The translations under genes were made by a program, and so were the position numbers. This document shows, piece by piece, positions 20,844 to 32,500 of a stretch of DNA of 64,000 nt. Position 1 is the first letter of the stretch. The number at the start of each line of letters is the position of its first letter. This stretch comes from Myxococcales bacterium (lineage in GTDB: Bacteria; Myxococcota_C; UBA6777). The notes beneath the pieces were generated by a model. The model was given only the letters and a program-made list of their open reading frames with translations. It was not told where the DNA came from and did not search any database. The stretch covers positions 151,983 to 215,982 of the forward strand of contig JACKEL010000001.1 in assembly GCA_020632975.1 (NCBI GenBank), read 5' to 3'.

Positions 20844-23024
20844 TTAGGAGGCGATTTCCAAAGCCACGATCTCGTCCGAAAGATGGCGATGAAGGGAAGA
20901 CTTTTGCTCAGAAAAAGCTGTATTTTTTCGTTGAGAGAGCACCAATGAGGTCGCATCTTCTTCGTACAACGGCCGCGAAAAATAATATCCTTGGCCCATA
21001 CGACATCCGTCTTCCCAAAGAAGCCGATGTTGGCGCGCTGTCTCGATGCCTTCCGCGATCACACCCAACTTGAGATGGCTCGCAAGAGACAAGATCATGT
21101 GGATGATAGACCGCCCACCTTCTCGTTCTTCCATGTTCCTAACAAATGAACGGTCGATCTTGATCGCATCTATAGGGAATTGATGAAGATAACTCAAAGA
21201 AGAGTATCCTGTCCCAAAGTCATCCATGCAGATCTCAACCCCTAAACCCCTGAATTGATGAAGTAAATCAATCGCAACTTTGGTATCTTCCATCAAGATA
21301 CTTTCTGTGATCTCGATCTTCAACCAAGAGGCATCGATCCCTGTTTCTCGAATCAAGTCCGACAAACGCTCGACCAAAGCTGGCGTCGCAAACTGCTTGC
21401 TCGAAAAGTTCACATGCAAAGAGAGGATATCCTCCCGACTTCTCATGCGATTCCACTCTGCAATCTGCTTGCAGGACTGCTCCAAAACCCACCAACCGAT
21501 CTTGACGATCGCTCCTGTCGCCTCCGCCAACGGAATAAACTCAACAGGTGAGATCATCCCTCGTTCTGGATGGTGCCAGCGCAACAGAACCTCAAATCCC
21601 TTCAAATCGCCCTTGTCTAGGGAAACAAGCGGTTGGTACATCAACACCAGCTCACCTCGATCACTGGCTCCCCAAAGATCTTGCTCAAGTTGAAGGCGCG
21701 AACGAAAGCGTTGTTGTGCTTCTGCATCGAAAACTCGATAAGTTCCAGGGCTTTCGTCTTTGACCTGACGCAACGCCAAGTGCGCAGCAGCCAGCAACTC
21801 ATCCGCAGTGGAACACTGCTCGTGAAGATAAGAGATCCCACAACTGATGCTCGGATGATACTCGAACCCACCCAGATCCACAGGATCGTTGAGATGGCCC
21901 AAACAGTCTTGCGCAGCCAAACAACTCTCTCCTACAGAGCCTGTACCACGAAAGACCACCGCAAACTCATCGCTGCCCAAACGACCGAGGAAAAGACTGC
22001 GCGGTGTACACTTCAACAGCCTTTGCGCAAGCGTTCGCAACAAACGATCGCCCGTCGAAATCCCCCAAGTATCGTTGACTTTAGAAAAGCGATCCACGTC
22101 AAACAAAAACAATGTACAGCCATTTTCAGGTTGTATACCCTGCTGACACTCCCGTCGCAGCGACTCCATAAACGCTTCTCGATGCAACAAACACGTCAGC
22201 AGATCATGTTGGGCACGCAAACTCACATGTTGATCTGTTTTCATTCGGCGTTTGATCGCTGACATCGTGCCAATCACACGCAAAGGACGACGAGCGGGGC
22301 CATACACACAAAGACCGCGAAGTTGTACCCACAAACGCTTCCCATCCTTCGAAAGAAAACGCAGCTCGTGGAAGAAAGATTGCTCACCGCGCTCCAACAT
22401 CCGGGAGATCAAACGTTGAAGCTCAGTTCTTTCCTCTGGATGAGAAAGCCGCAACCACTCCTGAAAAGACATCACGCCCGTATCCCCAGGAAGATAGCCC
22501 AACAAACGCTCGCAACCCGAATACATCTTGACCTGGTGAGTCTCGCAGTCCCACTCCCACAAGTGATCTCCCGAACTCTGCGCCAACAAAGCACGCACAC
22601 GCTGGATACGATGTTGCCTGTCTGCACCATCGCGCTCCTGTTGCGCAGCACGCAAAAACAAACGCAGCGTCTCGCTTGTTAACCACTTGAGCGGGATCCC
22701 CAAAGAGATCTCAGACCACATCTCTTGGGGGATGTTCTCAACGTTCAACCCTCCCAACAAAACAATGCTAAAGGACTGATATTGTTGGAGACACAAACGA
22801 TACAGCTTCGCATAATCATAAAAGTCATGCGTCGAAAGAAACAACACAGTAAACTCTGATCGCCCCAGTGCTTCCATCTCCTTCAAATCTGAAACAAAAT
22901 GAAGAACACTTTGGATGGCTGGGTCTTCTGGCCAACGCTGACGCAAGGCTTCAAACTCCCCAACGTCTTTCCCAAGAAAAACAGAAAGAAAAATAGAAGG
23001 TTCATAGTTTACATTTTCTGGCAT
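20844..23024 (-). CDS. PAS-GGDEF-EAL c-di-GMP turnover protein (GGDEF variant RLGSDEF; EAL variant EVLLR)
   Basis: PAS-like region WEWDCETHQVKMYSGCERLLGY. GGDEF domain with RLGSDEFAVVF. EAL domain with EVLLRWHHPERGMISPVEFIPLAE and DDFGTGYSSL. ATG 23024. It lies 77 bp upstream of the protease gene on the same strand. Confidence 0.85.
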   Translation of the reverse strand: MPENVNYEPSIFLSVFLGKDVGEFEALRQRWPEDPAIQSVLHFVSDLKEMEALGRSEFTVLFLSTHDFYDYAKLYRLCLQQYQSFSIVLLGGLNVENIPQEMWSEISLGIPLKWLTSETLRLFLRAAQQERDGADRQHRIQRVRALLAQSSGDHLWEWDCETHQVKMYSGCERLLGYLPGDTGVMSFQEWLRLSHPEERTELQRLISRMLERGEQSFFHELRFLSKDGKRLWVQLRGLCVYGPARRPLRVIGTMSAIKRRMKTDQHVSLRAQHDLLTCLLHREAFMESLRRECQQGIQPENGCTLFLFDVDRFSKVNDTWGISTGDRLLRTLAQRLLKCTPRSLFLGRLGSDEFAVVFRGTGSVGESCLAAQDCLGHLNDPVDLGGFEYHPSISCGISYLHEQCSTADELLAAAHLALRQVKDESPGTYRVFDAEAQQRFRSRLQLEQDLWGASDRGELVLMYQPLVSLDKGDLKGFEVLLRWHHPERGMISPVEFIPLAEATGAIVKIGWWVLEQSCKQIAEWNRMRSREDILSLHVNFSSKQFATPALVERLSDLIRETGIDASWLKIEITESILMEDTKVAIDLLHQFRGLGVEICMDDFGTGYSSLSYLHQFPIDAIKIDRSFVRNMEEREGGRSIIHMILSLASHLKLGVIAEGIETARQHRLLWEDGCRMGQGYYFSRPLYEEDATSLVLSQRKNTAFSEQKSSLHRHLSDEIVALEIAS

Positions 23025-23305
23025 GGTAATTCCCTTTCTGCTTACAAGGATGCAACTGTTTTTCTGAAACAAAAAGAGAGGACAATGTTGCATATTTTCC
23101 CGAAAGCCCGAACTCGACAGAACAAGATGTGTGAGAAAGATAAAGAATGAAATATCATTTATCTTTCAAGAGATAAGCGCAAATATCACTTCTTTCTGGT
23201 ACGAACAAACAAGAAAGAAGCTGCGATCTTCTGTTTGCGTATGGGATAGAACGTCTACCGTGATAAAACCTTTAGACCCTTTCCATACATATCCCCAAAG
23301 ACAAC

Positions 23306-23546
23306 GATATCCAGGATAGATTCGGGCGGACATGGAGGTCCGCCACAGATACGGGATATCCAGGATAGGTTTGGGCGGGCCTCCGTGCCCGCCTCTATCT
23401 GCCCCCGCGTAGGCCTGAGATCATCTATCCCGATCAAGGGCGAGCCTCCGTGCCCGCCTCTATCTGCCCCTGCGTAGGCCTGAGATCATCTATCCCGATC
23501 AAGGGCGGGCCTCCGTGCCCGCCTCTATCTGTCCCCCGCGTAGGCC
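23306..23546. repeat. REP-like palindromic repeat cluster: about 4 units, each carrying hairpin GGCGGGC-CTCCGT-GCCCGCC (one inverted copy GGCGGAC-ATGGAG-GTCCGCC), unit about 65 bp
   Basis: Direct reading shows gatatccaggataga...gggcggacatggaggtccgcc, then gatatccaggataggtttgggcgggcctccgtgcccgcctctatctgcccccgcgtaggcctgagatcatctatcccgatcaa, repeated about 2.7 times. The cluster sits in the divergent region between the GGDEF/EAL gene and the PilZ gene. Confidence 0.7.
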
Positions 23547-23678
23547 AAACCAAAAATATTTCAAAAAAGCCTTAAGGAGCATCCCTCTTCGTCGTATTGT
23601 TTTTTACAGAAACGAAAAGCCATCAAGTCCTCAAGACGAGGGCGATATTTTCAACAATATTTTCATGGAAGAAAAACA

Positions 23679-24836
23679 ATGTTGGATCATCACAAAGAAC
23701 CTACCCAAGACGTACAGTTAGTCCACCAATCCAAAAGTGCTTACAAAGCAGCGAACTACAATCACATGCTTGATCGAGCAAGCGAGGTAAAACAACCCGA
23801 AAAAGAATTACAACGTTTGACCACACAACGTAGAAAACTTTACGATCACTACCGAACTTTCGAAGCTCATCGCCAAGTAGATCCTGAAAGCATCCAAGAG
23901 ATGCACAATATGTTGTTGCGTATCTTTGCCAAACCTCACGATCTTCCATCGCTTTATACGCAACTTGAAGAAGAGTGCGAAAAAGAACTCGCACAAATAG
24001 AAGAATTATTTACAAAGTGCCAAAAAACCCTAGCGATGTGGACAAAAGTAAGCGACGAGATTCGCCATCGCTTGCGGCTTTTGGACTCTTTAGAGATCCG
24101 CCTAACTCTTTTTGCACAGAAAAAAGAGGCAGCGGAAAAAAATCAAAAAAAAGCGACTGAAAAAAACCAACAGAAAAAAGAACGACTGGATATTGGGAAT
24201 TGGCAAGCAAACCCCACAGACACAATTCCTGATCTCCCAGCAGCGACCGAAAGTTCGAGAACGCAAATGAAAACGCACCAAACCATAAACCTAGGCAGCC
24301 CAGTCACACATACGGCTGAATACGCAGCGGCTGCGGCCCCAGCTCCACAGTTGTACCAGTTCCAACAACCACTGGTACCTCCAAAGTTGCCTGAGGCTCC
24401 CCCAAAAACGGTTCAAGCCAAAGCGCCGTCACCCATGCAAACCTCAACACCAAGCGAGCAAGCAGGCGCAGAACGCAGACGCGCTCCTCGGTTGCGCCTT
24501 GCTTCGGATATCACCATCGGAAGAGAGGAACACTGCTTCTTTACAGGATTTTCCGAGAACATCAGTTCAGGTGGAGTCTTCATCGCAACCTATGAAGCTC
24601 TTCCCAAAAAAGGCTCGATTTATGAGCTTTGTTTCTCCCTTCCTACGGGTGAGATCATCCAAAGCGAAGTCGAAGTGATGTGGTCACGTGACTTCAACGA
24701 ACAAACGCCCGAGATCTCCCCAGGATTTGGCTGTCGCTTTCGACAGCTCAAAAAAGCCGATCAAGAACGCATCGATCAATACATCGCCAAGGAAGGCTCT
24801 CTCTTCATGCTTGAAGAAGAAGAGTTGGCGGCTTGA
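23679..24836 (+). CDS. PilZ-domain c-di-GMP-binding protein with N-terminal coiled-coil region
   Basis: C-terminal PilZ signature RRRAPRLR...DITIGREEHCFFTGFSENISSGGVFI (RxxxR plus D/NxSxGG). Long coiled-coil, Lys/Glu-rich N-terminal half. Confidence 0.75.
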   Translation: MLDHHKEPTQDVQLVHQSKSAYKAANYNHMLDRASEVKQPEKELQRLTTQRRKLYDHYRTFEAHRQVDPESIQEMHNMLLRIFAKPHDLPSLYTQLEEECEKELAQIEELFTKCQKTLAMWTKVSDEIRHRLRLLDSLEIRLTLFAQKKEAAEKNQKKATEKNQQKKERLDIGNWQANPTDTIPDLPAATESSRTQMKTHQTINLGSPVTHTAEYAAAAAPAPQLYQFQQPLVPPKLPEAPPKTVQAKAPSPMQTSTPSEQAGAERRRAPRLRLASDITIGREEHCFFTGFSENISSGGVFIATYEALPKKGSIYELCFSLPTGEIIQSEVEVMWSRDFNEQTPEISPGFGCRFRQLKKADQERIDQYIAKEGSLFMLEEEELAA

Positions 24837-24859
24837 CACTCCAAGAAAGGACCGCAACC

Positions 24860-25228
24860 ATGAACAGCATCACTGAATTTCCCGAAGAGCGTTTGTCAGA
24901 TCATATCACCCCTTCTCAGGAGATCTTCATGAGCGAAACTTCCGAGAATTTGGATCGCAGCTATCACCCTGACTTTGTCCGAAAACAATCTGTGCGTGTT
25001 CGTGTCCTCTTGACCAACGGCAAAAACTGCATCGGAAACTGCCATGTCCTTTGGCCCGATGGCCGTGTCAGCGATGTCGTCAACGACGATCGCAGCTTCT
25101 TGATCATCACAGATGCGTCCGTTGAAGGCGAAGCCCAATCCTACAGCGTGCTCACCCTCAACAAAACCCAAATCGCGATGCTTTTTGAGATCCACAACGC
25201 CGCCAACATCCAAGAAGAGTCGGCATAA
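24860..25228 (+). CDS. hypothetical small protein, likely co-transcribed with the PilZ gene
   Basis: ATG 24860 with AAAGGA 9 nt upstream, 24 nt after the PilZ stop. 122 aa. No recognised motif (VRVLLTNGKNCIGNCHVLWPDGRVSDVV...). Confidence 0.4.
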   Translation: MNSITEFPEERLSDHITPSQEIFMSETSENLDRSYHPDFVRKQSVRVRVLLTNGKNCIGNCHVLWPDGRVSDVVNDDRSFLIITDASVEGEAQSYSVLTLNKTQIAMLFEIHNAANIQEESA

Positions 25229-25264
25229 ACCTCAGAAAAAGTCTTACAAACAAGCGATCCCAAC

Positions 25265-26278
25265 CTATCGGCTTTTGCGCAGAGGAAACACCTTGGGATC
25301 TCCAGCTGACCAAGCCCACATCGAGCCCGCATAATTCTTCACTTCTTTTGCCCCCAAAACATGCAAGACAGCCACCATCCAAGCTGATCGCACACCTCCT
25401 GTACAATAAGCGACGATCGGTTGGCGAAGAGAGAGCCCATGTCCCTGCATGATCCGCAAAAGCTCTTTCCGAGAACGCAAGCGACCATCCTTCCGTAAAA
25501 ATCGCCGATAATACAATGAAACAGCCTTGGGGAGATGCCCCCCTCGTGACTCTCCATAAGGCGTTTCCCCTCGAAACTCACGTGGTTCCCGAACATCCAC
25601 GATCTGCAACTTCTCTTTTCCTGCCAAGCGTGCCACCAGTCGCTCGCGCAAAACTTTCGTAGAGATCGACCAACGCTTCACTGTCTGCCACGATGTTCGC
25701 TCAGATCTTTTCGTGGGTAAGGGCTTTGCGCGTTGGGGTCTTTTGTGTGTAGGTTTCCCGCCTTCCCATGCCTCTTTTCCCAGAGAAGCCCGCAAAAAAG
25801 GCATCCCACCATCCACAAAAGCTACGCGTCGATGACCAAGCGACCGCAGCATCCAAACGATCCGCCCTTCTTCCCCCCAGCCTCGTAATGGATCACCGAC
25901 GACGATCACCACGCGCTGTTTCGAGATCCCGATCTGCTCAAAAGACCGAACCAACCGTCGAACAGAGGCCAGTTCACCACGCCAAGGCTTGCGCTTTCGA
26001 GAAAAGTCCAACCACTCCACACACACAGAACCACGCACATGTAGACGAAGCCATGCGGACTTACCACGAACATCAAGGACCAAAGCCCCTCGACGAATCC
26101 ACAAAGCCCCCTCTTTTGCTGAGACCACCCAAGGAATCTCAGCAACCGCGATGGCCCACTTCATCCCGCCCAGCCACACAAAACTTGCCAAACCGCACAA
26201 CAAGATCGCTCGTTTCAATGGGATACTCCTCTCACAAACACCAAAGCATCGGGCAAAAACGACACACGCCATCTCCAT
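25265..26278 (-). CDS. tandem rhodanese-domain sulfurtransferase (C-terminal domain with active Cys)
   Basis: Second domain carries AYCTGGVRSAW (the CxGGxR rhodanese active-site loop). The first domain lacks Cys. An N-terminal hydrophobic segment is present. The start is uncertain: ATG 26278, 26272 or 26164. Confidence 0.7.
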   Translation of the reverse strand: MEMACVVFARCFGVCERSIPLKRAILLCGLASFVWLGGMKWAIAVAEIPWVVSAKEGALWIRRGALVLDVRGKSAWLRLHVRGSVCVEWLDFSRKRKPWRGELASVRRLVRSFEQIGISKQRVVIVVGDPLRGWGEEGRIVWMLRSLGHRRVAFVDGGMPFLRASLGKEAWEGGKPTHKRPQRAKPLPTKRSERTSWQTVKRWSISTKVLRERLVARLAGKEKLQIVDVREPREFRGETPYGESRGGHLPKAVSLYYRRFLRKDGRLRSRKELLRIMQGHGLSLRQPIVAYCTGGVRSAWMVAVLHVLGAKEVKNYAGSMWAWSAGDPKVFPLRKSR

Positions 26279-26588
26279 CCAACAAAAAAAGCCAATACGA
26301 CCACCGCTTCATGCCCACTGTAGGCCTGCTCTCTCCCCAAAGGAAGAGCAACGCATCCTCCTCTCCCTCCAACGCAACACAAAACGACGCAGGACTCGTT
26401 CGTTCGTCCAAGAAACCCCGCCAACAAACGCTGAACCAACGAGAAGTCGCTTCACACCCGCAAGGTTTCGTGCCAAGATAGCCAAAACGATCATCCACGG
26501 GGACAAAAGAACTATAGATATCAGCTACTTTTATCCCCCCAAAAGAAAAGAATGCGCACAGCGCGCCAAAAGCATAAAGGAGCGAGCC

Positions 26589-29500
26589 TTGTTGGGGTCA
26601 TGGAGACAAGCAGGAAAGTTTTGGGGCCTGTTGTTTGGATTATGTTTTTTGGGGGCTTGTTTTTCGAACGCGCCAGCTCCCGAACAACTCAAACACAAAC
26701 AACAAGCCATCATCGGAGGCCAACCCGATCTGCGCTATCCAGGCGTAGGTGCGCTGACCGTCAACCGCTCCTCTTTTTGCACGGGAACCTTGATCGCCAA
26801 ACGCGTTGTATTGACGGCGGCTCACTGCGTGGACGCGGCCAACAGTTATCGCGGAGCATCTGTGGAGTTTCGCATCGATACGCCCGATGCCAACGCATCT
26901 TCGGGTTACCAAACCAATTACTTTGTCTTTGATCCCGACCTCTTCAAAACACATCCCATCTGGAACACCAATCTCTCCAATGGCGGTGATCTTGGGATCG
27001 GGATCTTAAAACAAAGCGTCACGGTTGCCCAAACCATCCCCGTGAACTTCAACACCAATGCTGGTCTTTGGTCCAACAAAAGCCCGCTTTTCCTAGGTTA
27101 TGGACTCTTACAAAGTACACCCACACGGATCTCCGCAGATCGTAAATATGGGGTAGAGATCCCGATCGTGCAGGTCAATACGGATCGCTTTACGCACCAA
27201 GCCAACGGAAAAAGCGTTTGTCACGGAGACTCAGGTGGTCCTGCTTTGGTCCTCGTCGATGGAAAAGTCCGCGTGATCGGCGTCAACTCCTATGTATCCG
27301 CAGCATCCGTCCCTGGCGCCAACCCACCTCGCTCAAGTTGCACGGGCTCGGGAACCTCTATGCGGACGGATACTTACAGCACTTTCGTTCAATCGGTACT
27401 CTCTAGCTATGGTGATGGTCCTGAACCTTGCACACAAGACGAAAACTGCGGTGTTTGCCGTCGCTGCGGTGCCAACAAGTTTTGCGAAGGGGTACCCATC
27501 CAAGTCTCCCCCAGCATCTGTGGGGCTTGCTTGGCAGACAAAGACTGCCCTGGGGGTGGCTGTTATCGCTTCCCTGAAGGCAACCGCTGCTTGCTTCAGT
27601 GTGACACCCAAAACTGCTGTCCTGACGGTCATTATTGCACGACTGTACAAACCTCCTCAGGGCTCAATAAAGTCTGTATGCCTTTTGAAGGTGCCTGTCC
27701 TCCCCTTCAATGTAAGACATCTTCTGACTGTGGCGCAGGAGAGTTTTGCGAAAATCAAAAGTGCCAACCCAAGCCTGTCGCCCGAGCAGCCGACCTTTGC
27801 AAACCTTGCCAAACCCAAGCAGACTGCCAAACCACAGGAGGGTACTGTCTTGGCTTGGAAGGACATCGCTATTGCACACAACCCTGTAACGCTGGGGATT
27901 TCTGCCCTGCAGGATACGCATGCCAAGAAGCCTACCCAGGCATCCCCAGACAGTGCTTGCCAGAAAATGGCGCTTGCCAAGTGCCTTGTATGTTCGACAT
28001 CCACTGCCCAACAGGACAAACTTGTGTAGGTGGCGTTTGTGCAGAGCCACAAGGCGGAGATGCCGGGGCATCTTGCGACCCTGTCCCATGCAAAGAACCC
28101 CTTTCTTGTGTCTCCACCCTAAGCGGAAAACGCTGCCTTTCGACTTGCGGCGCCCCCCCCTCCAAACCCGGAAGCGCTTGCGCTGATGGGACGCGATGTG
28201 ATGCGCCCATGTCTTGCTACAGTATCTCTTCCACCCAACAGATCTGTCTCCACCCCTGCAACGCTGACGAAGACTGCAACAAAGTGGGGGGTGGCTTTTG
28301 TTACCAAAGCGTCTGCGCTTGCCAAAAAAGCCAAGACTGTGGACAAGACTTTATCTGCAACACAAGCTCAGGTGTGATCGGGGCTTGCGTCTCCAACAAA
28401 GACATCCAATCCTGCGAAAACAGCGACGCTTGCGACGCCTTCCAAGGTCAAAGTTACTGCATCCAACCCAACCCCGGTACACGCGCCTTGGGGCAGTCTT
28501 GTGACCCTCTCAACCGCTGCAAAGAAGGGCTTGTCTGCACCAAAAGCAACGATGGATATTTCTGCGCAGAAGACTGTAGCCAAACCCAAGCCTGCAAGTT
28601 TGGCGGATACTGCGGAAAACCCAACACACAAGTTGACATCTGTTATTGTGCGGAAGACAAAGACTGCGGCCCAGATTACACTTGTAGCCGCGTATTTCGG
28701 CCTTTTGGTATCTGTGTAGGAAAGCTCCTCAACAATCCCTGCCAAAGTGACGGTGCCTGTCCCCCTGGATTTGCTTGCCGTGAAGGTCGATGCCTATCCC
28801 CCACAGAACTCGAACAGTGGAAACCCGAACCTGCTCCACCCGATGCAGGCCCCGAATCCCCCACAGAGTCCGCGCTCGAAGCAGTGCAAGAGTCCCCCAA
28901 AGAAGCGACCCCCGAACCCCAAGTGGAGCCTACCCCCGAAAGACAAGCCGAGGCACCCGCAGAGATCGCACCCGAACAAACCAAACCAGGATGCGGTTGT
29001 CAGTCTTCTCCTACACCATCCACACCCTTTTCATGGGGACTTTTGATGCTCTTCGCCTTGCTCTGGCTCCCTCGCCCCAAAAAACGCGAGATCCGCCTAA
29101 AAGAAATACTCCCTACTCTGGCTTTCTTTTTTCTTACAGGCTGCCCCAATCCTTCGGTCCCTTGTAGCCAAGACACAGAGTGCCCAACCAACCAGCGCTG
29201 CCAAAGCGGGACTTGCCAAGCTGGCTCCTCGGAAACCACCACCCCAGAAAAAACCACAGAGCCCCAAACAGAGTTGACCCCCGAACGCACGCCCGAACCG
29301 ACCTCCGAGCCTCAAGCAGAGCCGAGACCAGAACCTCAAGTGGAGCCTGCCCAAGAAGCGTCCCCAGAACCTCAACCCGAGGCAGGACCCGAACCTCAAC
29401 CCGAGCCTTTACCCGAACAACTCACAGATATCGCCCCAGGCCAACGCCCCAACCCCTGCGCCCACACCAACGATCCGACATGTTGTTCTCCCACCATTTT

Positions 29501-32500
29501 ACAAAGACGTTGGGAAGCTTTTAACGACAACAACAGTCGTTTGGGCATCATCCGCATCGCGCTCAGTCCAGACGGAAAATGGATGGCGTCCGTCAACGAT
29601 GAAGGCCGCATCGTCCGCATCTGGGATATCGACAAAGGGCAACTCAAGTACACTTTTGTCGAGCCCAGCAGCACCATGCAAGCGGTCTCTTTTAGTCCTG
29701 ATAGCCAAGTCGTCGCAGCAGTCGGTAGTGATCGCGTCGTGCGGCGATGGAGCCTCAGCGATGGAACGACACTGCCCTTACTCCAAGGACACACAAGCAC
29801 CGTCTATGCGGTGGCTTTTAGCCCAGACGGTCAGTGGATCGCGAGTGCAGGCGCAGATCGCGTGATTCGCTTATGGAAAGTAAGCGACGCAAGCCTTACC
29901 TTCGAGATGAAGGGACACACCAGCACGATCTGGACCTTGGTTTTTGCCCCCGACAACAAGACGCTATACTCCGCATCCAGCGACCAAACCATCCGTTACT
30001 GGGACGTCAGCACAGGAAAAGAAACCCAACAATACAAGCTACATACCGCAGCAATCCGCGGTTTAGCGATCAGTCCAGATGGAAAAACACTCGCTTCTGT
30101 CGCTCTATCTCCCGATCGCACCGCAAAGTTGATCGAGGTCGCCACAGGAAAAGAACTCCGCTCATGGCAAGCCCACGGAAGCAGTTCATTGTACGGCGTC
30201 GCTTTCAACCACGATGGAACGCGTCTCGCGACCGTCGCAACCGATCGCTATGTTCGTGTGTGGAATGCCAATACAGGGCAGATGCTCTACCAACATCGTG
30301 CAGACGCAACGCCCTACAGTGTCTCTTTTCACCCGGATAAAACGAGGATTTTTGTCGCCTCATCCGATCAACATGTACGCATCTTCAATGATACCAGCGG
30401 ACAAGTGACACAAACGCTCCACACAAACTTCGACCGTGTTTCAAGCGTTGCGATCTCACCTGACGGAAAAGTCGTTGCTTTTGCCAACGCTCGCATCAAC
30501 AACATCCAGCTTTGGGATCGCCAAACCAAACAGCTTCTGCGCACACTTCAAGGACATACGCATGGGGTTCGCGCCCTCTCCTTTAGCGCCAACGGACAAT
30601 ATCTCGCCTCCGCCTCGACAGATCGCAGCGCACGGATCTGGAATCTTTCGGATGGAAGCCTCGTTCGCGCGCTAGACGCCCATCCCATGGTCGTAAGCAG
30701 CGTCGTACTCAGCGCCAATGGAGAAACCGCCGCAACAGGTTCATGGGACGGCAAGATCCGCATCTGGAAGATCGCTGACGGCTCTCTCTTGCGCACACTC
30801 GAAGGACACACCAGAGAGATCGTCCATCTCGCCCTATCTTCGGATGAAAGTGTATTGGTCTCTTCTTCGATCGATCAAACAGCGCGTTTGTGGCAGTGGT
30901 CAGATGGCGCCCCCCTGCAAACCGTACAAGCCAACGCACCAGTCTACGGTTGTGCGATCTCTCCAGACAAAAACACCCTTGCTGTCGGCGATTGGGAGGG
31001 GCGTATCCTCCTTTGGCAAGCTAGCACGGGCATGTTGCAAAGCACACTCCAAACCCACAGCGCCAATGTCCGCAGCCTCGCCTTCGACGAACAAGGTGCG
31101 TGGCTGGCCTCTGCTTCTTATGATCGTACCGTTCGGATATCGCGGGTCAGTGATGGAGCGCTCCTCCAAACCTTGCGACCACGCAACCAATACGTCACAA
31201 GCGTTGTCATCCAAAAAGAGACACTGGCAACCGCAGGAGCGGACGGAAACGCCGACATCTGGGACTTTCAACCCGTCCCGCCGGTCACGAGTCTGGCAGA
31301 ACAAAAGAGCCCCATCCTCGCTCTCTCTCTCAGTGCGGACGGCAACCTGATCGCAACAGGGACAGCCGACCATCAGGTCCGTGTATGGGACCGAACCCAA
31401 AAGACGTGGCTTCACACCCTGTCAGGCCCACAAGATGCGATCAATGCACTCGCAATAAGCCCTGACCAACGCTTTTTGGCCGTTGCATCGGCCGATCGTT
31501 CGATCTACGTCTGGAGCCTCGCAGATGGCAAGCTTTTGCGCGCCTTCCAAGGACAACAAGATCAACCATCCTCTGTCTCGTGGAGTCCAGACAGCAACGT
31601 CTTGGCTGTGGGTGCTTGGGACGGTAGTGTCCGAACTTGGGCTTGGCGCTCAGGACTCAACCAAAGAACCTTTCTTACAAACAACAGCCGAACCTTGAGC
31701 GTGGCCTTTAGCCCTGACGGAAACAACCTAGCAGCGGGACTTTTCAATCAAGAGATCATGATCTTTGAAGTCGCTTCAGGCAAACATCTCCGCACGCTCC
31801 AAGGACATACAGGCGGCGTAACGCATCTGCTGTTTTCAAGAGATGGAAAAAGCCTTTATTCGGCCTCTTACGATCAAACCATACGCATCTGGGACAGCAG
31901 CGCAGGAAACCTCCGCAACACACTCCAAGGACACAGCAACACGGTCCAACAAGTCAGCCTGAGCCTCGACGAAAGTCTCCTTCTATCAGTATCTTGGGAT
32001 GGGACACTACAGATCTGGGATCTTGCCAATCTTCAAATGCTTCAAAGAATCCATCTTGACCAAGGCGCCCTCTACAGCGCAGCTTTGAGCGCAGACAGTC
32101 GCTTTTTGGTTGCAGGTGGCGCAGATGGCGAGCTACGCAGCTGGGACCTTTTGCGCGATCCTCGACAACAGATCCTCGAACGTAATCCCCTCAGCGTCCG
32201 CGCATTGGCCTTCAGCATAGACGGAAACTACTTGATCTCAGGCAACGACAACGGTCTCGGACGCATCGATCGTCGTAGTGACTGGCGCTGGCTTCACTCG
32301 ATCTACAGCCACAGCGCAGACCTTCGCGCCATCGCGATGAGCCCCGACAGTTCGCGCTTTGCGACAGTGGGTGCAGACAAGCGCGTCCGCGTCGCAAGCA
32401 CCAGCGACAACAAAGAACAATTCAACGACAACAAACAACACACAGCCCCCCTCCACGCCGCAACCTTCAGCCCAAATGGTCAAACTTTGGCCACCGCAGG

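Noticed and set aside
23378-23546. Possible CRISPR array (short GC-rich palindromic repeat at regular about 65-bp spacing); likewise 38921-39060
   Set aside because: The intervening segments are near-identical to each other rather than unique spacers. Only 3-4 units are present. No cas genes are nearby. One unit is inverted. The pattern is consistent with REP/MITE-like tandem elements.
25989-26588. Upstream 600 nt of the track ORF 25989-33041 as part of the protease gene
   Set aside because: That extension overlaps the convergent or divergent rhodanese gene on the other strand and is low-complexity. A hydrophobic signal peptide begins at TTG 26589 with AAGGAG at 6 nt, which is the probable true start.
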